A DNA stretch of 64,000 bases from NCBI RefSeq assembly GCF_009914755.1, contig NC_060925.1, one strand, 5' to 3'. This DNA is from the human T2T-CHM13v2.0 reference genome, Homo sapiens. Below are positions 12,324 to 30,059 of this stretch, in pieces. The notes beneath the pieces are model-generated. The model worked only from the letters and a program-made list of their open reading frames with translations. It ran no database searches and was not told the origin of the DNA. A program made the translations under genes and the position numbers. Each line of letters opens with the position of its first letter. The first letter of the stretch is position 1.

Positions 12324-13365
12324 TGTGGGGAGGGAGGTGGATCAGAGACAGTGGAGTCGGCAGGATACAACCAATGATTGCAGTTAATAGAACTCTCCCT
12401 ACAATCCTCACTGAGGAGAGGACTAGTTGTTTCTTCCAAATTCCAAGTTATAGAGGGTTCCAAGAGAATCTCTCATAGAGACTGAAGGTGCAGTAAGAGG
12501 GGTAGACCAACATCTCATTTTTCAATTGAATGTCTCTTATGTGGCAGACCTGCTAGTCAGCCTTCCATGCCCATTTGAGCAGGGAGAAATGAGACCCAAA
12601 GAGACCACAAGAGAATTGAAAAAAAGTCAATGAGGCAGAAAGAGGGCAGCAGTAAAACAGCCCATCATAATAGGATATGGAGTCAATAAACGGACTTGAG
12701 CCTCCCTGGTGGTACCTCACCTGACATTAAGAGACTGTGGAGGTGAATCACCAGGGATGGAGCTGAAAGGGTTTGGAGGAGGGCAAACCAAAGCTGATGA
12801 CTTACATGAAAGAACTATTCAGTGAGGACTCCCCCAGAAAATGTCCACCTGCACCCCATGAGAGAGCCAGCCCTTGGATGCCTGCCCCAGTGAGTGTTGA
12901 TGGCTGGTCAGTTATGTCCGAGCCACAGTGACAACAACAACAGCAAAGTAAGTGCACAGAAATATTCCAGTTGCTTTTTCTTTAGTAAGAAGGGGCAGTA
13001 GCTAGGAAAGTAACACATCATCCCTTTTCTTCTCTTTCCATCCCTCACAGCATAATGAATAAGCTAGAACCAGAAAGGAAGAGAGGAGACAAGTAATAGC
13101 AGGCCAGGCCCTCTCTCTCACTCCAAGTTCTTTGGCAGAGTCAAACCTGAGCTTGGGGATTGGAAGAAATGAAACTGAAATCTTAAATTGGACTACATTG
13201 AACTTTTAACAACAGAAAGTGTCTGAAAACTATGTAATCTGCCTGAAATATCAAAGTGAGAAGGGAAATCTGAAAAAGCATTTTTAAAGGCAATGATATG
13301 AGAAAAATAAACCCATTCTATGTTTGTATTCCACTAAATTCAAATGGCTGAAGAAGCTGTTTATA
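12324..13365 (+). mobile_element. Ancient solo LTR, MamGypLTR-like
   Basis: TGT start; 3' end aaaggcaatgat..aaaataaacccatt..tgtttgtattccact resembles the recalled MamGypLTR terminus. Confidence 0.55.
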
Positions 13366-13654
13366 AATTAATACACAATATGTACAAGGCTACTACTTTG
13401 AGATCTACAAGTGCTAACTTGGCTATTTCACCACCCAGTCAACTACATCATCCACACAGTCTCACAGTGCATGTGATTCAAATTTGTACTTGAGCAAATG
13501 AATAAATTATACATATCTTGGATCACTGGGGTCCCTTGGGAGTATTTAAAACTGTGAATGGTAAATCAGTAAGTGCCAAGAGTTTGCCATAGGTAAAATT
13601 GATTTATAAACTGCAAACTGCTATGTAAACTCAAGTTATTCACCAGATTATATT

Positions 13655-13765
13655 ATCCTCAAGGGTAAGGTTTATACCTTATTCATCTTTACATCCTACC
13701 TTGCCAGAACTTAACCTCATACTTGGCCCACTCTAGACACTTATCAGATGTTTTGGAATGAATGA
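13655..13765 (+). mobile_element. L2 3' end fragment
   Basis: ccttattcatcttt...gaatgaatga tail. Confidence 0.65.
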
Positions 13766-13818
13766 GACCAATTCCATAATGTTTTTGAAAATATTTATCT
13801 CAAAGTTTTTTCAAGTAA

Positions 13819-14201
<383 letters not shown>

Positions 14202-14744
14202 AGACCTCAGATTTTTTAGGTGCAAAGTAGATGGTGGTGGTTGCAGCTGAGCAATTCTGTAGAAGTAATTGAGGAAGTAACTCATAATTTAACTTAAATT
14301 ATATTTCCATCAAGAAACAAAATAGAAACAATAGCAAACTACTAGTTCCAGGTGATGTATCAGGCACTTAAGCCTATCTCTCTTCTTTCCTGAGACTCAT
14401 CGGAATAAAATAATAAAAGTACCAATAAATGAATAAACCTCGCCACACAAGCTAAGAATGTGGAGGATGTGATTTGATCACAATTTTACAGGAGAGTTCA
14501 GCAATATTTGGAATACGGGATGCATATTGAAGTGTGCTGAACAATGAATGCACATACAGGGGTACAGGGAGGGTGGGACAGAATTTGCCTGTTAGAAATC
14601 ATGAAACATGCTAGACTGAGTTGAGAGTGAGAAATGTAGCCAAAGCAGAGAGATTAATCGAAAGTTTCTTTACAGATTTTCAGTGCAAATCAGAACCGCT
14701 GTGTTTCTCCCAGACCTCTATGCTTAGAATACCAGCATCCAGAA

Positions 14745-14882
14745 AATAGCTGATGAGCTAAAACTAAAATTGCAAAAAAAAATCTCATAATGTTTTAAGA
14801 AAGTTTATGATTTTGTGTTGGGCTGCACTGAATGCCATGCTGGGCCACGTGGAGCCCATGACCTGTGGGTTGCACAAGCTTG
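14745..14882 (-). mobile_element. MER30 (hAT-Charlie) fragment
   Basis: atagctgatgagct...tctcataatgttttaagaaagttta...caagcttg. Confidence 0.85.
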
Positions 14883-15950
14883 TTCTATGGCGTTTTGAAA
14901 GCCAGTGCCTGACATCCAGCTTTCCACCAATTCATGCTGTAATGGAATATGACAGTCAACACAGCCCTGTCACCCCACATGGTGCAGAGGCCTCCTTGGT
15001 AAGATGACTGACTAACACAGCAGCAAAGCAAATCCACCCAAACCACCCAGTCCTTTTTTCTTTAGTAATAGATAATTATGTAGCATCAGGCATATATGAG
15101 GAATCAAAACATAAAAGAGAAAAACTAAACAAACAAACAAAAATTAAATTATTAAAATAATTAAGGGCATAGGAGGGAACTTTAAAACCTCTAATATATT
15201 CAGAGAAATTTAAGCAGATTATTCACAAAATAAAAATGTGATGTTATTGTAAAAGAATAATTGGAGAACAAGAAAGGCTTATAAAGATTAAAATATAATT
15301 GCCAAAACAAAAAAAAAATCAAAAGAAGAGATGGAAAAAATTAAGAAATTCTAAAATACAGAACAAAAAGTCAGAGATGAAAAATAGAAGGAAAAAAAGG
15401 AGAGGCACTGAGACGAATCCAGGTATGACCAATAGTTCCAGAAAGACAACTGAAAAAATGGAAGGGATAAAAATCGCAAAGAAATAACAGAAGAAAATTG
15501 TCCAGAGCTGATGAGAGTCATAGTTCTTCAGGATTAAAGGACTTACTAAGGACTCAAAGAAAGAATTAAACAGGCCTCTATCAAATTGTGAGATTTCAGA
15601 ACACTAAGAATAAAGAAATGATTTTAAGTACTTTCTAAAAGGAAAATACTTATCATGATGTATGTGAATTCTACTGGCATTAGACATTCTGGATAACAAA
15701 AATGATGGAGCAATGTCTTCACATTTCTGAAAAGAATTGTTTTTCAATCTACACTTCTATAGCTATACCATCAATCAAATATAAAAAGAGAAAAGAAAAG
15801 ATGAAGAGACAAAGAAGACATTTATAGGAACTCAGCAAGTTTACTTCTTATGCTTTCTTTTTTTAGGAAGGTAATTGAGAATATTCTCCATGAAAACAGG
15901 TGGGTCAACAGAAAGAGAGGCAGCCTTGGGATATAGGAAACAATAAATTC

Positions 15951-16039
15951 ACATACTTACGCTAAAAATTATTATTTATATGAAATTAAAAAGTTAACTG
16001 GGCATTCTGTGCTTTTGTTTCATAAATCTGTTAACTCTA
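15951..16039. mobile_element. MER53 half element
   Basis: acatacttacgctaaaaa...ttaactgggcattctgt...aaatctg. Confidence 0.7.
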
Positions 16040-18943
16040 GAAAAAGACAATTTAACAAGGTAGAGAAGCCCCAGAATTAAAGCTATGCAATAGGCCTACA
16101 ATTTACCAGGTCCTGAGTAAAGCAAAAGGACAGCAGCTCTGCAAGGTAGACCTTCAGGGAAAAGGGGCCCCTGAAAAATAGTATGATTGAGATGGCAGAA
16201 AAGCACATTGTTCTGATGAAGGCTATCCAAGAAAAACCTTGTGGGTAAACAAAACATTATGTTAGAAAGTCACTATGTTGAAGCAAACTAAAATGTGAGA
16301 TGATCCTATGCTGCTAATGAAGTGTGAGATTTGGCTTTGATATCAAGGACATGGTACAAATAAGAAAGTAATGGCCTGACAGTGAATACAGTTTGTAGAG
16401 TTATGACAAAGCAGAAGTTTTTAAAATCATTTTCAAATTCTGGAACCAACCTACCAATACATCATGCAAGATTCTGTTGAAGTTCCAGAACTGAACATAA
16501 ATGGTGACAAATCTGATCATGTAAAATGGTATTTATAGAAAGTATTTCCAGAAAGTAAAAGGTGAAAGGGAACGAAAAGATGGACAGAAGGGTAGGGGTG
16601 ATAATATCCTCTTACATAAAGATGAGCTGAGACACTGACAAAAGTTAGCAGAACAAGAAGTAGAGGTATTGCATACTATTTAAAGTCATAAAAGTAACCA
16701 CAAGGAAATCCAAAAGTAGTAATTTAACTACCAAACATGGGTGAAGGGGATCAGTAAGATAATGTATATGAGTTAGAAATATTCATTTCCCATAGCAGAC
16801 TGTCAGTGGATATTATCTAAACTTAATAAGCACAAAATAAAATAAGCTTATTATTTAAAGTTCTGTAAAAACCAACTGCCAGAAGAACTAAAACCAGAGA
16901 GAGAAGAGATTGTCCCAGTGAAAGGAAAGTGTGGGTGAAAAGTCCTAGGATGAGAGACCATTGCTTTTATTATAAACTCTTCATTACTATTTTGTTTGTT
17001 TTCACATGCATATATTATTTTGATTCAAATTTTAAACATTAAACAAATTGTGTGTGGATACTGGTAGTAAATTCAATCAAAGAGATTTGTGAGATGTTTT
17101 TGCCATTTTGTCAGAGGTCAGTGAATTGAAAACTAAGTTGCTATTGCTTCACATAGATGCTGAATTGGATGCAAGGCTTAAAAGGGAGGGACTTCAAAAT
17201 GGCTGATGAGAAGCATATAGTACCCACTTGCACTACAAAGAAGAACCAAAATAACAAGTAGATAATCACACTTTGAATAGATCACCTAAGCAAGAATGCC
17301 AGAATTCAACAGCCAAAGTGAACAGGAAACAGCTAAGGCATGGAAAAAGAGTGAAGAGAGGCAGCATGCTCAGCCAGGATCAGCTGGGAACCTAGAGAGG
17401 CTTTCCGATGCAGGAAAAGGGTGAGAGACCCCTAGTGGTCCACATTCCCAACACAAACTCCTGCAATTCTAGCCATGGGTGAGCCCCTTGACCCACTCAG
17501 GCACTGAGACTAACATAGGAAATTGCCTGGAGACTGCATAACAGCATTGCTCCAAAGAGAAAGCTTCTACTGGGTCTCACACCCCTCCCTGAGGTCTAAG
17601 AAGAAATAGCAAGGTGGCTGGCAAGATGGCTAAATAGGAACAGCTCTGGTCTGCAGCTCCCAGCGAGAACTACTCAGAAAAAGGGTGATTTCTGCATTTC
17701 CAACTGAGGTAACCAGTACATCTCAGTGGGACTAGTTGGACAGTGGGTGTAGCCCAGGGAGGGCGAGCCAAAGCAGGGTGGGTTGTCACCTCACCCAGGA
17801 AGCATAAGGGGTCAGGGAACTCCCTCTCCTAGCCTAAGGAAATAGCCATTAGGGACTGTATCATGCACTCTGGCCCAGATTTTGAGCTTTTCCCACGGTC
17901 TTCGCAACCCGCAGACCAGAAGATTCACTCCAGGGCCCACTCCACCAGGGCCCTGGGTTTCCAGCACAAAACTGGGTGGCCATTTGGGCAGACACCAAGC
18001 TAGTCACAGTTTTTTTTCATACCCCAGTGGCGCCTGGAATGCCAGTGAGACAGAACTGTTCACTCCCCTAGAAAGGGGGCTGAAGCCAGGGAACCAAGTG
18101 GTCTGGCTTGGCAGTTCCCACAACCACGGAGACCAGAAAGCTAAGATCCACTGGCTTGAAACTCTCACTTTGAGCACAGCAGTCTGAGCTCGACCTGGGA
18201 TGCTTGAGCTTCGTCAGGGAAGGGGTGTCTGCCATTGCTGTGGCTTGAGTAGGTGGTTTTACAAAGTCGTTGGGAACAAAGTCGTTGGGAAGTTGGAACT
18301 GGGTGGAGCTCACCACAGCTCAGCAAGGCCACTGCTGCCAGACTGCCTCTCCAGATTTCCTCCTCTCTGGGCAGGGCATCTCTGAAAAAAAGGCAGCAGC
18401 CCCAGTCAGGGACTTACAGATAAAACCCCCAACTCCCTGGGACAGAGCACCTGGAGGAAGGGGCGGTCGGGGGTCCAGCTTCAGCAGACTTAAAAGTCCC
18501 TGCTGGCAGCTCTGAAGAGAGCAGCAGATCTCCCAGCACAGCGTTTGAGCTCCAATAAGGGACAGACTGCCTTCTCAAGTGGGTCCCTGACCCCTGGGTA
18601 TCTTGACTGGGAGACACCTCCCAGTAGGCGCCAATAGACACCTCATACAGGAGAGCTCTGGCTGGCATCTGGCAGGTGCCCCTCTGGGACGAAGCTTCCA
18701 GAGGAAGGAACAGGCAGCAATCTTGGCCATTCTGCAGATTCTGCCAGTGACACCCAGGCAAACAGGGTCTGGAGTGGACCTCCAGTAAACTCCAGCAGAC
18801 CTGCAGCAGAGGGGCCTTACTGTTAGAAGGAAAGCTAACAAACAGAAAAGAACAGTATCAACAGCAACAAAAAGGACATCTACTCAGAGACCCCAGCCAA
18901 AGGTCACTGACTTTAAAGACCAAAGGTAGATAAATCCATGAAG

Positions 18944-19967
18944 ATGGGGGGAAATCAGCACAAAAAGGCTGAAAATTCCAAAAACCAGAATGCATCTTCT
19001 CCTGCAAAGGATCACAACTCCTCGCCAGCAAGGCAACAAAACTGGACAGAGAATGAGTTTGACAAATTGACAGAATTAGGCTTCAGAAGATGGGTAATGA
19101 CAAACTCCTCTGAGCTAAAGGAGCATGTTCTAACCCAATGCAAGGAAGCTAAGAACCTTGAGAAAAGGTTAGATGAATTGCTAACTTTAATAACCAGTAT
19201 AGAGAAGAACATAAATGACCTGATGGAGCTGAAAAACACAGCACAAGAATTTCGCAAAGCATACACAAGTATCAATAGCAGAATCGATCAAGTGGAAGAA
19301 AGAATGTCAGAGATTGAAGATCAACTCAATGAAATAAAGTGAGAAGACAAGATTAGAGAAAAAAGAGTGAAGAGAAATGAACAAAGCCTCCAAGAAATAT
19401 GGGACTATGTGAAAAGACCAAATATATGTTTGATTGGTGTACCTGAAAGTGACAGGGAGAATGGAACCAAGTTGGAAAACACTCTTTGGGATATTAGCCA
19501 GGAGAACTTCCCCAGTCTAGCAAGGCAGGCCAATATTCAAATTCAGGAAATACAGAAAACACCACAAAGATATTCCTTGAGAAGAGCAACCACAAGACAC
19601 ACAATCATCAGATTCACCAAGGTTGAAATAAAGGAAAAAATATTAAGGGCAGCCAGAGAGAAAGGTCAGGTTACCCACAACGGGAAGCCCATCAGACAAA
19701 CAGCAGATCTCTTAGCAGAAACCCTAGAGGCCAGAAGAGAATGGGGGCCAATATTCAACATTCTTAAAGAAAAGAATTTTCAACCCAGAATTTCATATCC
19801 AGCCAAACTAAGCTTCATAAGTGAAGGAGAAATAAAATCTTTACAATAAGCAAATGCTGAGAGATTTTGTCACCACCAGGCCTGCCCTAAAAGAGCTCCT
19901 GAAGGAAGCGCTAAACATGGAAAGGAACAACCAGTACCAGCCACTGCAAAAACAGGCCAAATTGTAA
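18944..19967 (+). pseudogene. L1 ORF1p remnant (stop at 19340-19342, frameshift near 19845)
   Basis: MGGNQHKKAENSK...QEIWDYVKRPN...FQPRISYPAKLSF. Confidence 0.92.
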
Positions 19968-20030
19968 AGACCATCGATGCTAGGAAGAAACTGCATCAAC
20001 TAACGAGCAAAATAACCAGCTGGCATCATA

Positions 20031-23805
<3,775 letters not shown>

Positions 23806-26194
23806 ACAATGAGCACACATGGACACAGGGAGGGGAACATCACACACTGGGGCCTTTTGGGGGGTTGCGGCTTAGGGGAGGGATAGCATTAGGAGAAATA
23901 CCTAGTGTAGACGACAGGTTGATAGGTACAGCAAACCACCATGGCACGTGTATACCTATGTAACAAACCTGCATGTTCTGCACATGTATCCCATCACTTA
24001 AAGTATTTAAAAAAAAAAAAAAAAAGGAATAGCAAGGCACCATTTTCAGAGCCTGGAACCTACTGTACTGCATCCTGTCCTAGGGCTCAACAACCCTTGT
24101 GTCTCCACATCCCTGGAGCCCCATTGACATCCCCTACCTGCAGCCATGTGCTGCTGCTGGCTGCTCTCACCAAGGCCAAAGTGCAAGCCATTGGCATTGA
24201 TCCCCATGTGCCCAGTGGCAGGGCTGCCACACGTTTACAGTTCCCTGAGAAAGATTATTCTGTTTGCAGCTGCCACTCAAGGACAACTTGTGTGATTATA
24301 AAAAATTAAAATCATATCAAGTTTCTTCTTAGACCACAATAGAATACAATTAGAAATCAATAATGAGAAGAGCTTGGGAAACTATAAATAAATGGAAATT
24401 AAATAACATGCTTCTGAATGACCGTTAGGTCAAGAAAGAAATTAGGAGGAAATTTAAAATTTTTTTCAAACAAAGGAAAACCAAAACACAATGTATCAAA
24501 ACTGATGGAATAGAGAAAAAGCAGTGCTAAGAGGAAAATTTATGGCAGTAATGACCTACATCATAAAAGTACGAAGACAATCTAACAATGCACCTCAAGG
24601 AACTAGAAAAGCAAGAACAAACCAACACAAAATTAGTAGAAGTAAATAAATAAAAATGAGAAGAGAACAAAATAGAGATTAAAAAACAATGGAAACAATT
24701 AACAAAACAAAGTTTTTATTGAAAAAAATAAAACTGATAAACTGCTAGCTAGGCTAACCAAGATAAAAAGAGAGAAGACCCAAATAAATAAAATCAAAAA
24801 TAAAAGAGGAGACATTACAACTGATACCACAGAAATGAAAAACGCTATCAGAGACTGTTATGAAAAACTGTACACCAACAAACTAGAAAAATGGATAAAT
24901 TCATGGACACATATAACCTACCAAGGTTGAATCAAGAAATAGAAAAACCAAACAGACCAATAACAAATAATGAGATTGGATCAGTGATACAAAGTTTCCA
25001 AACAAAGAAAAGTTCAGGACCAGATGGTTTCACTGCTGAATTTTACCAGACTTACAGAGAAGAATTAAAACCACTTCTCTTCAAACTATTCCAGAAAATT
25101 GGAGAGGAGATAATTCTTTATAAGTCATTCTGTGAGGCCAGCATTACTTTGATACCAAAACCAAACAAGGACATAAAAACAAACAAACAAAAAAACACTA
25201 TGGGGCAATATCCCTGATAAACATAGATGCAAAAATTCTCAACAGAATACTAGCAAACTGAAAGCATATGCAACTGGGGCAGGGGCTGGGGAGTGAAGAG
25301 AGGCTGGTTAATGGGTTAATGGTTAATGGGTACAAACATAGAATTAGATAGAAGGAATACATTTTAATGTTCCATAGCATGGAAAGATGACTATAGGTAG
25401 CAACAATGTACTGTACATTTCAAAGCAGCTAGGAGATGGGACTTGAAATGTTCTTAACACATAGAAATGATAAATACTTGGGTGATGAATACACTAAATA
25501 CCCTGACTTGAATATTACACATTTTATGCATGTAACAAAATATCACATGCACCCCATAGATAGGTACAAATATTACATATTACATATCAGTTTTAAAAAA
25601 TCTTAAATAGAAGAGCATTGTCCTCTTAATCTTTCTTGTTTCCTTATCTTAACCTCATGGGGCCAGGTATTTCAGTCTTGGTAATGGTGCTACATCAGAC
25701 AATGTTCAAAGTAATTTCGGCACAACCTTTACAAGCTGAAGTTTTTGTAGTAGCCAGTAGGTGGCATCAAAAATCAATCACGTTCTCTTTTTTTGTGGAA
25801 ATCTCAAAGAAAAGGTCTGTACCTAAGTGTCATGAGCAACTTTCCCAGAGCTCAAGAGGCAGAGAAAGTTACACACAACAACAAAGCACTCCGTTTTCCT
25901 TTGAAGTCGCTGTTTCATCTCTTTGGACACCGTAAAAACCCCTGGTGTTTCTCCTAGAGTCTTTTTGGTTAGATAAAGCACAAAAGGCCAAAAGCCACAT
26001 CTCAAATATCACACCACCTCTAAACATGGACTTTAGGCTCGGTTATTAAGGAATGTCTTCCAGAGTTGGGAATCAAAGGATTGCTTAAATACATCATGAC
26101 AATTGTTAAAGTCTAACAGGTAAGTTTCCCCATTTTAGAGCTGCCTAAATTTCTTACACATCCTAACATAGATGCATTTCATTTTGGCATAGAA

Positions 26195-26196
<2 letters not shown>

Positions 26197-26238
<42 letters not shown>
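26197..26238. repeat. (AC)21 microsatellite
   Basis: Perfect dinucleotide run. Confidence 0.98.
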
Positions 26239-26240
<2 letters not shown>

Positions 26241-26369
26241 TTATTTGTGGTGTTTAAAACATGTAATGATACTTTTACAAGCTATGCTATGTTTAAGATT
26301 TTTAGGCCTGGGTTAAACAAGTAAAATGGAAAGCCAAGTTCACTGCAACTGTCTGTGTGTAACCTAAAC

Positions 26370-26860
26370 AGCTTAAGACTTAGGGTTAGAATGTGCTACC
26401 TTTGCCATTTAATAGACAGTTGAACCTTAACAAGTATTTTAACCTTTCTGAATTTTAGTTTTCTAAATTTCCAAATAATAGTAATAATAGTCAGACTCAC
26501 TTAGCAGTGTTGTTGAGGACCTGATCAGATCTTTAAGCTGACCTCCACTTTGGGAGCAAATCATTCTTATCTGTGTTACCCCTTTTTTCTCATTCATTTA
26601 ACAATGAATTTACTGAGCACATATTGTAATGCCAGACAATGCTGTAGGTTCTGAAGATATGACAGTGAAAAAGACAGAGAATGGCCCTGATCTCAAAGAA
26701 CTTTGGGCCCAGCCCGGGAAGATAAATGAAGCTAACCAATTAATAACCAGGATAAATTCAGGCAGTGATAAGTATCTAAGACAGTAAATCAAGATCTTGT
26801 GCCAGAGACTAGGAAGAGGAATGGTGACGGTGAGTGCGGCTGCTTCAGATGAGATTGTCA
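26370..26860. mobile_element. MIR (+, ~26370-26520) and L2 3' fragment (-, ~26590-26860)
   Basis: aacctttctgaattttagttttct MIR-like core; tcattcatttaaca...tttactgagcac L2 tail. Confidence 0.6.
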
Positions 26861-27401
26861 GCACTATATTTTAGACTTAAAATAGCACACTGCGCCGAAC
26901 ACAATAGATCGAATCCATAGCTTTCTTGACTTTATCTCTGAAGACCAAGAGACTCTTGAAGAAGAAATCTGTGCCTTATTTGCTCTAGTATATTGCATAG
27001 TGACTGGCCCATTGGAGGACCTCAACAACATGAAAGTGCTTTTAGAAGGCCAATGCATGCTTCTCCTACATGACTGTTCTCTCATTTAATTTTTGCTTCA
27101 TTATCAGGAAATAAAGACTGAGGTAGGTTGTGTTCCATGCCATGGGTCAATGCTAGAGGTAAAGTCAGAATTTGACTCCAGGGTACATATTCTTTTGAGA
27201 AAATGTTTATCTGGTTTTTTTTTCTTTTAAAGGGGCTTTAATTATGAAGACAATCTATTGTCTCAGCATATTTACTTCTTTTTTAAATTATTTAATTTTG
27301 GAAAATTCGGTGGGAATATAAAAGTGATACACATTTTTGGTAGAAACTTGCAATGCACATAAACATACAAGAAAATAAAAATACTCAATTTTCTGTCATG
27401 A

Positions 27402-27756
<355 letters not shown>

Positions 27757-27849
27757 TAATTTTTAAATGAAAAAAAGCTTAATATTTTTCTGCATACATG
27801 CTTATTGTGAACCATTGAAACAGCTCAAGAAGGTATAAGGAAGCAGCAA

Positions 27850-28470
27850 GAATGTTCTTTTTAAAATGTTAAATGGATTCGGTCACTCTTGTTGGAACAC
27901 CTTTCTATGTCCTTCTCTGCACTTATAAATAATCCAAATACTTTATCAGAGTCCATAGGACACAGAAAATATGACTTCTACCTGTTTCTCAGACATCTCC
28001 TCATTCCACCACCCTCTTTATTGGCTACGTTTTGGCCTCTTGGCTTCCTTCTAGTGCTAGTCCTGGTGTATCATAGGGTCACTCATGCCTCAGGACCTTT
28101 GCACTTATTGCCTCTGGCTTGAGTGCTCTTCCCAGGGCTTTTGAAAGGCTGGTGTCTTCCTGGTCTTCACATCTCAGTTCAGAAGTCACCTCCTCATGAG
28201 AGTGCTTCCCTCACCCCGTAACCACAAGGTAACTACCTCCCATTGCACACCAGTCATTCTCTGTTAGGCCATCTGCTTTGTTTTTTTTCTTCATAGCATT
28301 GATCACTATTTGAAGCTATCTTGTTATTTACATTTTTATTGAGAATCTCCCTTTAACTTAAACGTAGGCTTCATGAGGGCAGGTAGCTTGTTCATTTGTT
28401 TTTACTATAACCTCAGCCTTTAGAAAACTGTCTGGGATATAATAGGGGCTCAGAAATATGAGAATGAAAA
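27850..28470 (+). mobile_element. L2 3' portion
   Basis: gcctcaggacctttgcactt; gtcacctcctca; tcatgagggcagg L2 motifs. Confidence 0.8.
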
Positions 28471-28499
28471 TAAAAATATAATCCCATAATTGAAAATAA

Positions 28500-29690
28500 T
28501 TACTGTAAGCATATGTATATCCGTTCAGACTTTTTTCTTGCATATGTTTTCATATATGTGAATATAGAGTATACAAGTGTACAAACATACCAACAAAATG
28601 AAATTATACTACACATGCCATTTTAATAACTTCATTTCTTGAATTAACAATATATCATGAGCACATTTCCTTGCCAATAAATATATCTCTACCCAATAAT
28701 TAATGATTAAATGGTATTTTATAATTGACTATACCGTAATTCATTTAATCAATCTCCTATTGAGAAACATTTAGGTTGTTTCCATTTTATTATTACTATT
28801 ACATAGTGCCTATAATGTTAGGAAATCTATGCAAATTTCCACTAGATGAGTTTCTAGGATGAAAACTGCTGAATCAAAAAGAACCTATATGTTTGATAAA
28901 TATTTTATAAAATCTGATAAATATCAAATTACACTACTGCCAGTAGAAAATGAGGCGATTTTTTCTCCTCACTCTGGCCAACACCGGAAATTTTAATATT
29001 TTAAAATTTACTTGACAACCTATAAGACAAAAATAATATTTTAATTAATTTGCAATTCTTTTTTTAACTGTAGTTGAACTATATTTCTATCATTATTGGC
29101 CATTATATTATTTCCTGTTTATGACTTTTACCTACTTTCATATAGGATGATCTTTTTTTCTTTTTGATTTTGAAGAACAGCTCATATAAAAAAGGTGTTG
29201 ATACATTTGGTCAGATATATATGTTGAAAATATTTGTTTTTCCTAGATTTCCATTTATCTTTCAACTTTGTTTCCAATGAGTTAAGGTGTATTTATGTGT
29301 TGAAATTCTTCAAAATTTCTATTTTCTGCTTTTGGTGTTATCTTTAGAAAAGTTTTCTTAACCCCATAATTCTATAAATATACCCTTGCATTTTCTTCTG
29401 TTACTTCTATGGTTTTATATTTTATATACAAAATCATCAATGCTTTAGTGTTTATTTTGGTATAAGATATGAGATAAACATCCAATTTTATTTTATTTTT
29501 ATGAATGGTATTTCAGTTAATTCAATACTATTTATTTAATAATCATCTTTCTGCTACTGACTTGAAATCCATCTTTATCACATTCAAAATTTATATTTTT
29601 AATAGGATTTCTTTCTGTCTGGTTTTATGATAGTTTCACATTGTTATAATAATGTTACTATCATGATATATTTACTCCAATATTTTCCCT
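28500..29690 (-). mobile_element. Old L1ME-type 3' fragment
   Basis: catttaggttgtttcca and degenerate antisense ORF2-end pattern. Confidence 0.65.
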
Positions 29691-29700
29691 TGATACCATT

Positions 29701-30059
29701 TGATATGGTTTGGCTGTATCCCCACCTAAATGTCATCTTGAATTATAGCTCCCATAATTCCCACATGTTGTGGGAGGGAACCCGTGGGAGATAATTGAAT
29801 GGTGGGGGCAGTTTCTCCCATGCAGTTCTGTTAGTGAATAAGTCTCACAAGATCTGATGGTTTCATAAGGGGAAACCCCTTTCACTTGGTTCTCATTCTG
29901 TCTTGTCTGCCACCGTGTAAGACGTGCCTTTTGCCTTCTGCCATGATTGTGAGGCCTCCCCAACCACGTGGAACTGTGAGTCCATTAAGCCCCTTTTTCT
30001 TTACATATTACCCAGTCTCAGGTATGTCTTTATCACCAGTGTGAAAATGGACTAATACA
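29701..30059 (+). mobile_element. THE1C-like solo LTR
   Basis: tgatatggtttggctg...ggactaataca; perfect 5-bp TSD CCATT. Confidence 0.94.

Larger units (their letters stand above)
14345..17041 (+). mobile_element. HAL1 (half-L1, ORF1-only LINE), near full length, decayed
   Basis: Degenerate L1-ORF1-like region 15250-15900 (gaagaaaattgtccagagctga; tggagcaatgtcttca) followed directly by HAL1-type 3' UTR, with no ORF2. Confidence 0.7.

Noticed and set aside
15299-15487. Lys-rich basic ORF resembling an NLS protein
   Set aside because: A-rich decayed HAL1 ORF1 region read in a spurious frame
18261-18290. 15-bp tandem duplication in the L1 5'UTR (similar small one at 10595-10626)
   Set aside because: Ordinary slippage duplications with no evident function
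25636-26005. 99-aa and 60-aa ORFs or a processed pseudogene
   Set aside because: No recognisable protein similarity, poly(A) tail or TSD
29955-29967. PRDM9 hotspot motif in the THE1 LTR
   Set aside because: Reads CCTCCCCAACCAC, lacking the T at position 7 of CCNCCNTNNCCNC
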